The position numbers were made by a program, and so were the translations under genes. Shown here one piece after another: positions 1-7,923 of a stretch of DNA of 32,000 bases (its first letter is position 1; every line of letters starts with the position of its first letter). This DNA is from Methanothermobacter thermautotrophicus str. Delta H (GTDB lineage Archaea; Methanobacteriota; Methanobacteria; Methanobacteriales; Methanothermobacteraceae): NCBI RefSeq assembly GCF_000008645.1, contig NC_000916.1, positions 1,410,001 through 1,442,000 on the forward strand, in the 5' to 3' direction. The notes under the pieces are model-generated. The model worked only from the letters and a program-made list of their open reading frames with translations. It did no database searches and was not told the origin of the DNA.

Positions 1-757
1 CCCGGTAGGAGTCCCCGGCCCCTGTGGGGTCAACCGCCTCCCGGGGTATTGCGTCTATCTTTATCACATCATCGGAGTATATGATGCTCCCCTCTTTCCC
101 GTAGGTCTTAACCACCACCCCAGGTCCCATCTCCCGGAGTCCATGGATATCCACCGACAGTTTGCTGCATATGCGATCTATTTCATGGTGGTTCCCAAAT
201 AGTATGTCGCATACACCAACGGCCCTTTCAAGCTGGCTGCGGGAGTACATGTGGAGGTCCTGCCCCGGGTCAAAGCTTATTATCTTACCGAGGGACCTTG
301 CAAATTCACCGCACCTGCAGTTGAAGGATGGGTCACCGGTTGCAAGGTGCACTGCACGGGCAGATTTTATGGCATCCGCAGGTGTCTCGGCGTCTTTGAA
401 GTACCTTGCAGCGCCCCAGTAGAAGTAGCTTATCTGGTTGTGATCAGAATCGGTCATCACAAAGGCTGTTGGGGTGCTTTCGTCCGCCACCAGGATCATG
501 GATTCAATATCTATACCACTTGACTCCAGGAGCTCCCTGTACTCTGAACCCTCAAAGTCGCCTCCAACCGCGGATACAAGGGATGTTCTAAGACCAAGCC
601 TTGATCCCACCAGGGCGACATTTGCGGCTGCTCCCCCATGAAGGTTCCTCATGCGTTTTATGGCTGTTGATGTGTTTGGTTCTGGAAATTCATCCAGATG
701 TATTATGTAATCGAAGGCGGTATGTCCAACAGCAAGAAGGTCTCTGTCTTCACTCAT
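1..757 (-). CDS. PfkB/ribokinase-family sugar or nucleoside kinase (N-terminal ~252 codons; gene runs off the window start)
   Basis: Absent from the ORF track because there is no stop in the window. Hand translation of the minus strand from ATG at 757 gives [30 protein letters not shown]...[11 protein letters not shown]...[11 protein letters not shown]...[18 protein letters not shown]. The GG region and DPTGAGD are PfkB signatures. AGGTGAT lies immediately upstream (758-768 on the plus strand is atgatcacctg). Confidence 0.8.
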   Translation of the reverse strand, partial: MSEDRDLLAVGHTAFDYIIHLDEFPEPNTSTAIKRMRNLHGGAAANVALVGSRLGLRTSLVSAVGGDFEGSEYRELLESSGIDIESMILVADESTPTAFVMTDSDHNQISYFYWGAARYFKDAETPADAIKSARAVHLATGDPSFNCRCGEFARSLGKIISFDPGQDLHMYSRSQLERAVGVCDILFGNHHEIDRICSKLSVDIHGLREMGPGVVVKTYGKEGSIIYSDDVIKIDAIPREAVDPTGAGDSYR

Positions 758-976
758 ATGATCACCTGAAAAATATGGGGTTAATTCTGTTGGGGTTGGT
801 TTATAATGTGATTGGATTATTCGTTATAGATGGATTGGGCCTGGTTCTGTTGAGCATCCTTTATTGGGTGGGACTTTATACTTTGAGGCGGATTAAGGTG
901 ATTTTTATAAAATGTGGTCCTCAAATTTCATGCAGGGAACTGATCCCATAAATGGTTTTTCAGCGGGTTTTCATGC

Positions 977-1831
977 TCAGTGAAGCGGCTCAAAGCCGGA
1001 TTCAGCAACCAGGGCCTGGCCCTCACCGGTGATGAACTCAATCAGTTCATCGACCCACTCTCTATCACGGCACCTCACTGCACTTATAACGTGCCTTGTC
1101 TCGTCCCTCAGGATGTCGGAGCCGCTGAACTGACTCGCACTTAAGAACGTAAGCAGCTCCGGGTCATTCATGACAATTCTGTGGGCATGATATGGGGATC
1201 TCACCTCCCTGACAACCTCAAATTCCACACCAGCCTCTGAGAGGACCTCCCATGCCAGCCTCTGGGCAGAACCCGAAACCCCCACAAAGCAGGAGCCGTC
1301 AAGGTCCCTGATATCACTGATACCCCTGCCAACAAGGACCAGGTGGTCATAGGCGACAGGAACAAAATCCAGGTCCCTCCGGTATGCCTGGAGGGGATCA
1401 TCCAGGAATACGGCATCAAGCATGCTCCTCTCTGCAAGATGGAATGAATCCTCATCACAGCATGAAAACAGGGATGCTGACACACCCAGACCCTCAATGG
1501 CGGCCTCTACAAGGTTTGAGGATATGTAACCAGCAGCTATCATCAGTGGCCCTGAACCCTCCAGTATTTTAATCTGTCGCAGGTAGGCTCCCAGGATCTC
1601 CATGGCCTCCGGTGTGAGTTCTGATCCAGCCCCACTGCTTCTCACCAGTTTCACACCAAGGAGGGACTCGGCCCTGAGCACCCTCCTGTTGAGCACCTGT
1701 GGTGATACCCCGAGAACCCTGGCGGCCCTTCTCTGTGAGAAGGTCTCTCCTATAACCCTGAGGGTCTCAAAGAACCTGTGATCAAATCTGTGCCCATTGA
1801 TTTCCATTCCAGGGAGGGGCTTCATATCCAT
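977..1831 (-). CDS. LysR-type HTH transcriptional regulator
   Basis: The N-terminal HTH segment FSQRRAARVLGVSPQVLNRRVLRAESLLGVKLV is typical of LysR/ModE-N type regulators and is followed by a ~200 aa effector-like domain. I prefer the start at ATG 1831 (MDMKPLPG) because AAGGTG sits 5 nt upstream. The track start at 1852 is a GTG without an RBS. Confidence 0.65.
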   Translation of the reverse strand: MDMKPLPGMEINGHRFDHRFFETLRVIGETFSQRRAARVLGVSPQVLNRRVLRAESLLGVKLVRSSGAGSELTPEAMEILGAYLRQIKILEGSGPLMIAAGYISSNLVEAAIEGLGVSASLFSCCDEDSFHLAERSMLDAVFLDDPLQAYRRDLDFVPVAYDHLVLVGRGISDIRDLDGSCFVGVSGSAQRLAWEVLSEAGVEFEVVREVRSPYHAHRIVMNDPELLTFLSASQFSGSDILRDETRHVISAVRCRDREWVDELIEFITGEGQALVAESGFEPLH

Positions 1832-1867
1832 ATTGACACCTTTCTTGAGCACCTATGGTGTTTCTGT

Positions 1868-1960
1868 GGTTTCAGGGTTTCATAATCAACCGGACCATAT
1901 TCCAGGCCCTTTACCGTGGCCAGGTTTTCTCAGATCCTTCTTCAGTCATGGGTTTCAGGG
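1868..1960. repeat. Direct repeat GGTTTCAGGG (1868-1877 and 1951-1960) with a degenerate third copy GGGTTCAG (1978-1985) in a divergent promoter region
   Basis: Read directly from the sequence. The repeats lie between the LysR-type gene (minus strand) and phi (plus strand). Confidence 0.5.
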
Positions 1961-2095
1961 GTAGCCCGGGGTTCTATGGGTTCAGCACATTTTATGATCA
2001 TAGTAATACATTTCATCTGGATTGGAATAAGGTCTGATGGTCCATTCCCCACTGTTTTTATATCATACAGAGTATATATTGGTATAGGTGTTGCG

Positions 2096-2680
2096 ATGAT
2101 AATAAAAGAGGCTATCAGGGACATAATCCATAATCTGGAGAAGATGGAGAGGGATATTGATGAGAGAACCCTTGATAATTTCATAGAAATCCTGACGTCT
2201 GCAGCCAACGTCTTTGTCCTGGGACTTGGGAGGTCGGGCCTCGTTGCCAGGGCCTTTGCCATGAGACTTATGCACCTTGAGATAAACGCCTTTGTGGTGG
2301 GCGAGACCATAACCCCTGCAATAAATGAGGGTGATGTCCTGATCGCAATATCAGGTTCGGGCAGGACAAGTTACATCGTGAATGCAGCCTCCATCGCCCG
2401 GGAGAGGGGTGCAAAGGTCGTGGCAGTAACATCATACCCTGACTCTGACCTCGCAGGGCTGGCAGATCTTACTGTGACCATAAAAGGAAGGACAAAGATT
2501 GACGGTGAGAAGGATTACATGAAGAGGCAGATGAGGGGCAACCATCACTCAAGAACACCCCTTGGAACACTCTTTGAGATATCAGCCCTGGTATTCCTGG
2601 ACGGCATCATAGCTGAGCTCATGGAGAGGTTTGATAAGAGGGAGGAGGATCTGCACCACAGGCACAGCTCCTTTGATTAG
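2096..2680 (+). CDS. phi: 6-phospho-3-hexuloisomerase (SIS domain; ribulose monophosphate pathway)
   Basis: The sequence is MIIKEAIRDIIHNL...FVLGLGRSGLVARAFAMRLMHLEINAFVVGETITPA...LIAISGSGRTS...PLGTLFEISALVFLDGIIAELM. The GxGRSG and SGSGRT SIS motifs are present, and length and sequence resemble archaeal PHI. An AGGTG RBS lies 7 nt upstream of ATG 2096. The 60-codon upstream extension in the track (start 1916) is hydrophobic junk. Confidence 0.85.
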   Translation: MIIKEAIRDIIHNLEKMERDIDERTLDNFIEILTSAANVFVLGLGRSGLVARAFAMRLMHLEINAFVVGETITPAINEGDVLIAISGSGRTSYIVNAASIARERGAKVVAVTSYPDSDLAGLADLTVTIKGRTKIDGEKDYMKRQMRGNHHSRTPLGTLFEISALVFLDGIIAELMERFDKREEDLHHRHSSFD

Positions 2681-2749
2681 CCATCATGGCAGAACAGTGA
2701 ACTGGAGCATCATTGACAGGCCACGGGGCATCGGATTCAGAAACTCAGG

Positions 2750-2780
2750 TTTTTCAGATGTTCCGGTTCAGTTAATTTTT
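2750..2780 (+). terminator. Oligo-T tracts (T5 at 2750-2754 and T5 at 2776-2780) downstream of phi
   Basis: Archaeal terminators are oligo-T runs. These lie 70-100 nt after the phi stop, in a convergent gap. Confidence 0.35.
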
Positions 2781-2849
2781 ATCAGCTGTTTAAGCGTTCG
2801 GTCCGGTATTAATTCAGCTGTCCAATCTCTCTATTCTGAGAACCGATCC

Positions 2850-3596
2850 CTAAATTATCCTCTCAGGGTGGCTGTATATATTGAATCTCTTCCCGCGGAC
2901 GAAACCGAGCATTGTAAGACCCGTCCGCTGGGCAGCATCATAGCCTGAGGATGTTGGGGCGGCGTTGGATGCTATAATCGGTACCCCTGCACGGACGACC
3001 TTTATGAGCATATCCGCTGGCATTCTACCACTATAGACAATGAAGCTCTCTCTGAAATTAACACCATCCATTGCACCGGAGCCTATTACCTTATCGACAG
3101 CCACGTGCCTGCTAACATCCTCAAAGACCCTGAATTCATCACCTGTTACAAGTGCAGCCACATGGGTACCCCCGGTCATCCTCCAGACAACCGCGGACTT
3201 CACCATACGCTTGAATGCCAAGAATATATCATCAGCCCTTACCCTCAGGTCTGAATCAACGGGGCCCACCATTTCAACCCTCTGTCTCCAGCCACCGAAA
3301 CAGTCGGATCCCATCACAAGTTCCCTTCGTATATCAAGATCACCTGATTCTATCTCAGCATCGATTATATTATCGCTGATTTCAATGGATACTATGTCAT
3401 CGACGGAGTCCACCAGACCCTCACCAAGGAGGTAACCTGTTGCAAACTCCTCAAGGGCCTGGGGACTTGCAGTGAAGCGCTGCTCCATACCACCATTTAT
3501 CCTTATACGCACCTCAATGTCATTAACGACCTTTTCAGGGACCCTTCTCCTTTCATCATCCACACGGAAAGCATCAACCTCTCTGTACAGTGACAT
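2850..3596 (-). CDS. fdhD: FdhD-family sulfurtransferase / formate dehydrogenase accessory protein
   Basis: 248 aa with FdhD-like sequence throughout (…IRINGG…EFATGYLLGEGL…TGGTHVAALV…VDKVIG…SGRMPADMLIKVVRAGVPIIASNAAPTSSG). A GAGGTG RBS lies upstream of ATG 3596. Confidence 0.85.
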   Translation of the reverse strand: MSLYREVDAFRVDDERRRVPEKVVNDIEVRIRINGGMEQRFTASPQALEEFATGYLLGEGLVDSVDDIVSIEISDNIIDAEIESGDLDIRRELVMGSDCFGGWRQRVEMVGPVDSDLRVRADDIFLAFKRMVKSAVVWRMTGGTHVAALVTGDEFRVFEDVSRHVAVDKVIGSGAMDGVNFRESFIVYSGRMPADMLIKVVRAGVPIIASNAAPTSSGYDAAQRTGLTMLGFVRGKRFNIYSHPERII

Positions 3597-3714
3597 ACAC
3601 CCACCACCTCACATCTAAAAACATATATCCATCTTTGATTAACAGTTAAACAGATCTTTTGTCCTTAATCTATAATATATTTGAGTTCATGACTCTTTAA
3701 CCTGGAGGCTTTGA

Positions 3715-4164
3715 ATGGATGAGGAATTGAAGAGAATATTTGCGGGTTACACTGGCCATAAATCTGAAATCATACCAATACTGCAGGATATACAGGATGC
3801 ATACGGTTATCTTCCAGAGGATGCCCTGGAGGAGGTAGCAAGCTTCACAGGGGTTAGCAGGGCCCATTTATACGGGGTCGCCACCTTCTATGCCCAGTTC
3901 AGGTTCAAACCAAGGGGGAGAAAGCATATCATGGTCTGCACTGGAACGGCATGTCATGTCAGCGGAGCGGAACAGGTTCTTGATGCCCTTGAGAGGCACC
4001 TGGGCATAGAGGAGGGGGATGTTACAGATGACATGGAATACTCCCTCGAATCCGTGGGCTGTATAGGGTGCTGCTCCCTCGCACCATGTGCAATGGTAAA
4101 CGATGAGGTTGTATCACGCATAAAACCATCAAGGGTAGGTAAAATATTCCCAAAAAAGTCTTAG
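3715..4164 (+). CDS. NuoE/HoxE/FdsG-like thioredoxin-fold [2Fe-2S] subunit
   Basis: 149 aa. The Cys pattern VCTGTACHV...CIGCCSLAPC is typical of the NADH dehydrogenase 24 kDa subunit family. A GGAGG RBS lies upstream. Confidence 0.85.
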   Translation: MDEELKRIFAGYTGHKSEIIPILQDIQDAYGYLPEDALEEVASFTGVSRAHLYGVATFYAQFRFKPRGRKHIMVCTGTACHVSGAEQVLDALERHLGIEEGDVTDDMEYSLESVGCIGCCSLAPCAMVNDEVVSRIKPSRVGKIFPKKS

Positions 4165-4174
4165 AGTGTCTTAA

Positions 4175-6067
4175 ATGATAGAAAAAATTGCAGGGGCTTC
4201 CCTGAAGGAATACATGTCCCTCTTCAGGGGTGAACCGACAATATTTATAGGCTCAGCCACCTGTGGAAGGTCTGCAGGGGCCCAGAAGATAGAGGAGATA
4301 ATGGGGCAGAGGGCAGCCGAACTCTCAGTTGAGTGCAGGATGATACACACAGGCTGCATGGGTCTCTGCTACGCCGAACCCATGGTGGTCGTCTTCAATG
4401 GTGACAGCCGTGGTTACATCTACGGTCCGGTGAACCGTAAACTCGCAAAGAGGATAATCCAGGAGCACATCGTGGAGGGCAGGGAGGTTGAACCCATTGG
4501 TTATGTGGACATAGCCTTCAATGGCGACTCATTTGAACCAGTTTACGCTCTGGAATTCATGGAGGGACAGTCAAGGAGGATACTTCGAAGATGCGGCCTT
4601 ATAGACCCTGAAAACATGGGACACTATCTGGCAACCGGAGGCTACAGGGGCCTCATGAGGGCCCTTGAAATGGAACCCGATGAGGTAATTGAGGAGGTGA
4701 AGGACTCCGGCCTGAGGGGCCGCGGAGGCGCAGGATTCCCGACATGGCTTAAATGGAGTCTCTGTCGCCAGGAGGCCTCAGAGGTGAAGTACCTCATATG
4801 CAACGCCGATGAGGGAGACCCTGGCGCATTCATGAACCGTTCACTCATAGAGGGGGACCCCCATGCACTGCTTGAGGGGATACTAATCGCCTCATACGCG
4901 GTGGGGGCCAGGGAGGCCTACATCTACTGCAGGGCAGAGTACCCACTTGCCCTTGAGAGGCTCAGGGTGGCCATATCTGATCTGAGGAATCTGGGACTTC
5001 TCGGTAAGGATATCCTCGGGTCAGGGTTCGACCTGGATATAAAGATAAAGGAGGGTGCAGGGGCATTTGTCTGTGGAGAGGAAACAGCCCTGATATCCTC
5101 AATTGAGGGTAAGAGGGGAATGCCAAGGACAAGACCCCCATTCCCAACAACACGGGGCCTCTGGGGCAAGCCCACCGTTATAAACAATGTTGAGACCCTT
5201 GCAGCTGTTTCAATGATAATGCAGCACGGCGCAGACTACTTCAACTCCCTTGGCACCCCTGAAAGTAGGGGAACCAAGACATTCTCCCTTGTGGGCGATG
5301 TCAGGAGGACCGGCCTCATTGAGGTCCCCCTGGGCACAACCCTGAGGGAGGTCATCTTTGATATTGGAGGGGGGGTTGTGGATGGAGAGCTGAAAGCTGT
5401 ACAGATAGGGGGACCTTCAGGGGGATGCCTCCCTGCTGAACTTATCGATACAGGTATAGACTATGACTCCCTCACATCTGCAGGGGCAATAATGGGTTCA
5501 GGCGGCCTTGTTGTTTTATCGGACCGCACATGCATGGTTGAACTTGCAAGGTACTTCCTTGAGTTCACACAGAGGGAGTCCTGTGGAAAATGCGTACCCT
5601 GCCGCGTGGGGACAAGGCAGATGCTCATGATACTCAATGACATCGTAGAGGGTTCAGGAAGACCTGAAGACCCTGATATACTCAGGGATGTAGCTGAAAG
5701 TGTCAGGGCAGCCTCACTATGCGGCCTCGGCCAGACATCACCAAACCCGGTTCTGACGACACTCAGATACTTTGAGGACGAGTACCATGACCACATAAAA
5801 GGCAGGTGCACAGCCGCAGCATGCAGTGAACTGATGCACTACATGATAGACCCTGAGAAATGTGATGGATGCATGGCATGCATCAAGACGTGCCCGGCGG
5901 AGGCCATAAATGGTTCAAGGGACGAGGTCCATGTTATAGACCAGGATGGGTGCCTCAAGTGCGGGTCCTGTCTTGATATATGTAAGAGGGATGCTGTCAG
6001 GAGGGTTCCCGGTGCCTACCGTCAGGGAACCTATTCAGCAAGGATTCCTGAGAAGGATGGGTGGTAG
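4175..6067 (+). CDS. NuoF/HydB/FdsB-like NAD(P)H-binding FMN and Fe-S subunit with extra N- and C-terminal Fe-S domains
   Basis: GLRGRGGAGFPTWLKW is the FMN/NADH site. ESCGKCVPCRVGT is the N3-type [4Fe-4S] motif. The N-terminal Trx-like region carries GSATCGRSAGA...GCMGLCYAEP. The C-terminal part carries CDGCMACIKTCP and CLKCGSCLDIC, a 2x[4Fe-4S] ferredoxin domain. The start could alternatively be M14. Confidence 0.85.
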   Translation: MIEKIAGASLKEYMSLFRGEPTIFIGSATCGRSAGAQKIEEIMGQRAAELSVECRMIHTGCMGLCYAEPMVVVFNGDSRGYIYGPVNRKLAKRIIQEHIVEGREVEPIGYVDIAFNGDSFEPVYALEFMEGQSRRILRRCGLIDPENMGHYLATGGYRGLMRALEMEPDEVIEEVKDSGLRGRGGAGFPTWLKWSLCRQEASEVKYLICNADEGDPGAFMNRSLIEGDPHALLEGILIASYAVGAREAYIYCRAEYPLALERLRVAISDLRNLGLLGKDILGSGFDLDIKIKEGAGAFVCGEETALISSIEGKRGMPRTRPPFPTTRGLWGKPTVINNVETLAAVSMIMQHGADYFNSLGTPESRGTKTFSLVGDVRRTGLIEVPLGTTLREVIFDIGGGVVDGELKAVQIGGPSGGCLPAELIDTGIDYDSLTSAGAIMGSGGLVVLSDRTCMVELARYFLEFTQRESCGKCVPCRVGTRQMLMILNDIVEGSGRPEDPDILRDVAESVRAASLCGLGQTSPNPVLTTLRYFEDEYHDHIKGRCTAAACSELMHYMIDPEKCDGCMACIKTCPAEAINGSRDEVHVIDQDGCLKCGSCLDICKRDAVRRVPGAYRQGTYSARIPEKDGW

Positions 6068-6175
6068 GGCGCACCTGATCAGCCGCAGCCTTTCAGCCGG
6101 CGGAAACCTTCAGGGTACATTAAATTAGTACATTGGATGATCCCTCAAACGGCATATAATGTTCTCAGAAACAGT

Positions 6176-7093
6176 TCATGGAGTGTAGTAGGGGGATCTC
6201 CTTCTTATGGCCTCAAAGAATAGTTCACGAAGTCTGCCAGTGTCGTTTTCCCTCAGGGCGTCCCTGGTATCCACGAGGTTGTCGTTTCTGAGGAGGCAGG
6301 GTTTCAGCTTCCCATCAGGGGTTACCCTTAGCCTTGTGCAGTTTGCACAGAACCTTGTGTTGTCCATGGGCCTCACAACCTCGATTTCCCCGCCATCTAT
6401 ATAGTACTTCTTGCGGTCCTGCATGAATTTTCTGGTTCTGATCCGGTCTGCCATCTCTGCAAGTTCCGCCTCGATGGGGGTGATGTCGCAGTGGTATCTT
6501 TCGACGGCGTCATCATGGCAGCTTTCTGTTTTGAGGAGTTCAATTATCTGGAGCACCGCGCCCTTCTCGCGGCAGAATTCAAACATGTCCCATACCTCGT
6601 GGTGGTTCACACCCCTGAGGATCACCATGTTTATCTTGACAGGATCAAGTCCCACATCAACGGCACTGGTTATACCTGACTTAACCCTTTCAAGGTAATC
6701 CTTCCGGGTTATGAAGCGGTAGGTCTCGGGGTTGAGGGTGTCAAAGCTCACGTTGACCCTGTCAAGTCCAGCTTCGCTCAGAGCCGCACTGTACCCTTCA
6801 AGGAGGGTGCCGTTGGTTGTTATGGATATGTCCCGGAATCCGATGTTGTTTATCCTCTCAACTATTTCAACTATATCATCCCTTATGAGGGGCTCTCCAC
6901 CTGAGAGACGTATCTTCCCCACACCCAGGTCGGAGGCAACCCTGCAGAGCTTCTCTATATCTGCAGCCGACAGCTCTCCCCTGGATGAGGTCATTCCGTC
7001 CCTGTGGCAGTAGATACAGTTAACGTTGCAGCGACCTGTTATGGATAGCCGCAGTGACATAACCGGTCTTCCGTGTCTGTCCTGGACATGCAT
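6176..7093 (-). CDS. moaA: GTP 3',8-cyclase MoaA (radical SAM, molybdopterin biosynthesis)
   Basis: The radical-SAM motif CNVNCIYCH is near the N-terminus and the C-terminal cluster motif is [18 protein letters not shown]. The preferred start is ATG 7093 (MHVQDRHG), with GAGGT 6 nt upstream. The track start is 7126. Confidence 0.9.
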   Translation of the reverse strand: MHVQDRHGRPVMSLRLSITGRCNVNCIYCHRDGMTSSRGELSAADIEKLCRVASDLGVGKIRLSGGEPLIRDDIVEIVERINNIGFRDISITTNGTLLEGYSAALSEAGLDRVNVSFDTLNPETYRFITRKDYLERVKSGITSAVDVGLDPVKINMVILRGVNHHEVWDMFEFCREKGAVLQIIELLKTESCHDDAVERYHCDITPIEAELAEMADRIRTRKFMQDRKKYYIDGGEIEVVRPMDNTRFCANCTRLRVTPDGKLKPCLLRNDNLVDTRDALRENDTGRLRELFFEAIRRRSPYYTP

Positions 7094-7166
7094 TGATTTA
7101 CCTCTGAAATTGGGTGGATGCCTCACATAATGTTTCAGTCACCTGCTTGACTGAGCTTCATGTGGA

Positions 7167-7841
7167 CTATTTTATGATGAGATCAACCCTTCCATTCTTA
7201 AGGCTTTCTGTTTCGAGGGCATCAATCATACCCCTAACTGTCTTTGATATGAACTCCTGGACGAAGGGGTTCAGGGGGACAGGTTTTCCATCGATCCTCA
7301 GGAGAACCCTCTCCGGCTGACTCCTGCAGTCGATATCATCAGCCTCGCCACGGATCTTGGCCTCTCTGAACTCTCTGCATGAACTGAACCCGCATTTTTT
7401 GCAGTTGAGGTTCTGCAACAGCCCGTAACTCCTCTTTTTTATGAGATCGATGAGCTCATCCACATCCTCCAGTGAGAATGGATCAACAACCTTCACTGTG
7501 AATTCTCCGGGGGTGGAGGTTGATATGCTGGCATACTCCATCTCCTTGAAGCCCTCAACTATGAGGAAGTCCAGGTCATCAAGGATCTCAAGGGTGCCAG
7601 CTATCTCCTCAAGATCCATCTCCCTTTCAAGGAGGAAGAAGGTTTCCCTACCACTCCCGGCAACGATCTCTGCACCGGCCCTCCTGTGCTTATCAGTATC
7701 CTTTCCAGGGAAATCAAAGCCGGTATGGGTATGTTTAAGTGTAGCGACCCTGTAGCCCTCCCCGGTGAGTTTCTCCACGATTTTCTCCACAAGGGTGGTC
7801 TTTCCGGTGTCCTTTGTACCGGTAACGCCAATGATCTTCAT
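7167..7841 (-). CDS. mobB: MobB-like molybdopterin-guanine dinucleotide biosynthesis adapter with a C-terminal Cys-motif domain
   Basis: The P-loop is GVTGTKDTGKTT. The preferred start is ATG 7841 (MKIIGVTG), with GAGGTGA 5 nt upstream; the track start at 7850 is a GTG. The C-terminal ~85 aa carry C147-x2-C150-x4-C155-x16-C172 (codons at 7326-7403). Confidence 0.8.
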   Translation of the reverse strand: MKIIGVTGTKDTGKTTLVEKIVEKLTGEGYRVATLKHTHTGFDFPGKDTDKHRRAGAEIVAGSGRETFFLLEREMDLEEIAGTLEILDDLDFLIVEGFKEMEYASISTSTPGEFTVKVVDPFSLEDVDELIDLIKKRSYGLLQNLNCKKCGFSSCREFREAKIRGEADDIDCRSQPERVLLRIDGKPVPLNPFVQEFISKTVRGMIDALETESLKNGRVDLIIK

Positions 7842-7923
7842 CCTCTTCACCTCACTCTCTACTCATAACCTTTATCTGTGCATCATGATAAAGTTTCACC
7901 ATAAAAAGGACACTGAAGATAAC

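Noticed and set aside
162-951. Plus-strand track ORFs 162..422, 251..523, 406..591 and 601..951
   Set aside because: They lie antisense to, or just upstream of, the well-supported PfkB kinase frame (1..757, minus strand). Their composition is odd (Trp/Cys/Pro-rich) and they have no RBS.
760-976. TTGG-rich, loosely repetitive sequence between the LysR-type gene and the kinase gene
   Set aside because: Only short imperfect repeats (gattgg, ggattggg, attgggtggg) are present, with no defined period or symmetry. This is most simply promoter or spacer DNA; an ATTATAAA TATA-like box lies ~42 nt upstream of the kinase ATG.
1916-2095. 60-codon upstream extension of phi, and the overlapping ORFs 1855..2037 (plus strand) and 1942..2310 (minus strand)
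   Set aside because: PHI homology starts at MIIKEAIRD with its own AGGTG RBS. The extension would swallow the divergent promoter region.
7765-7923. 53-codon N-terminal extension of the formate dehydrogenase alpha ORF
   Set aside because: It overlaps the mobB start and promoter region and is hydrophobic and low-complexity (MSFSTIFSTRVVFPVSFVPV...). The conserved 2Fe-2S domain begins right at MKGTVKFRIDG (ATG 7924).
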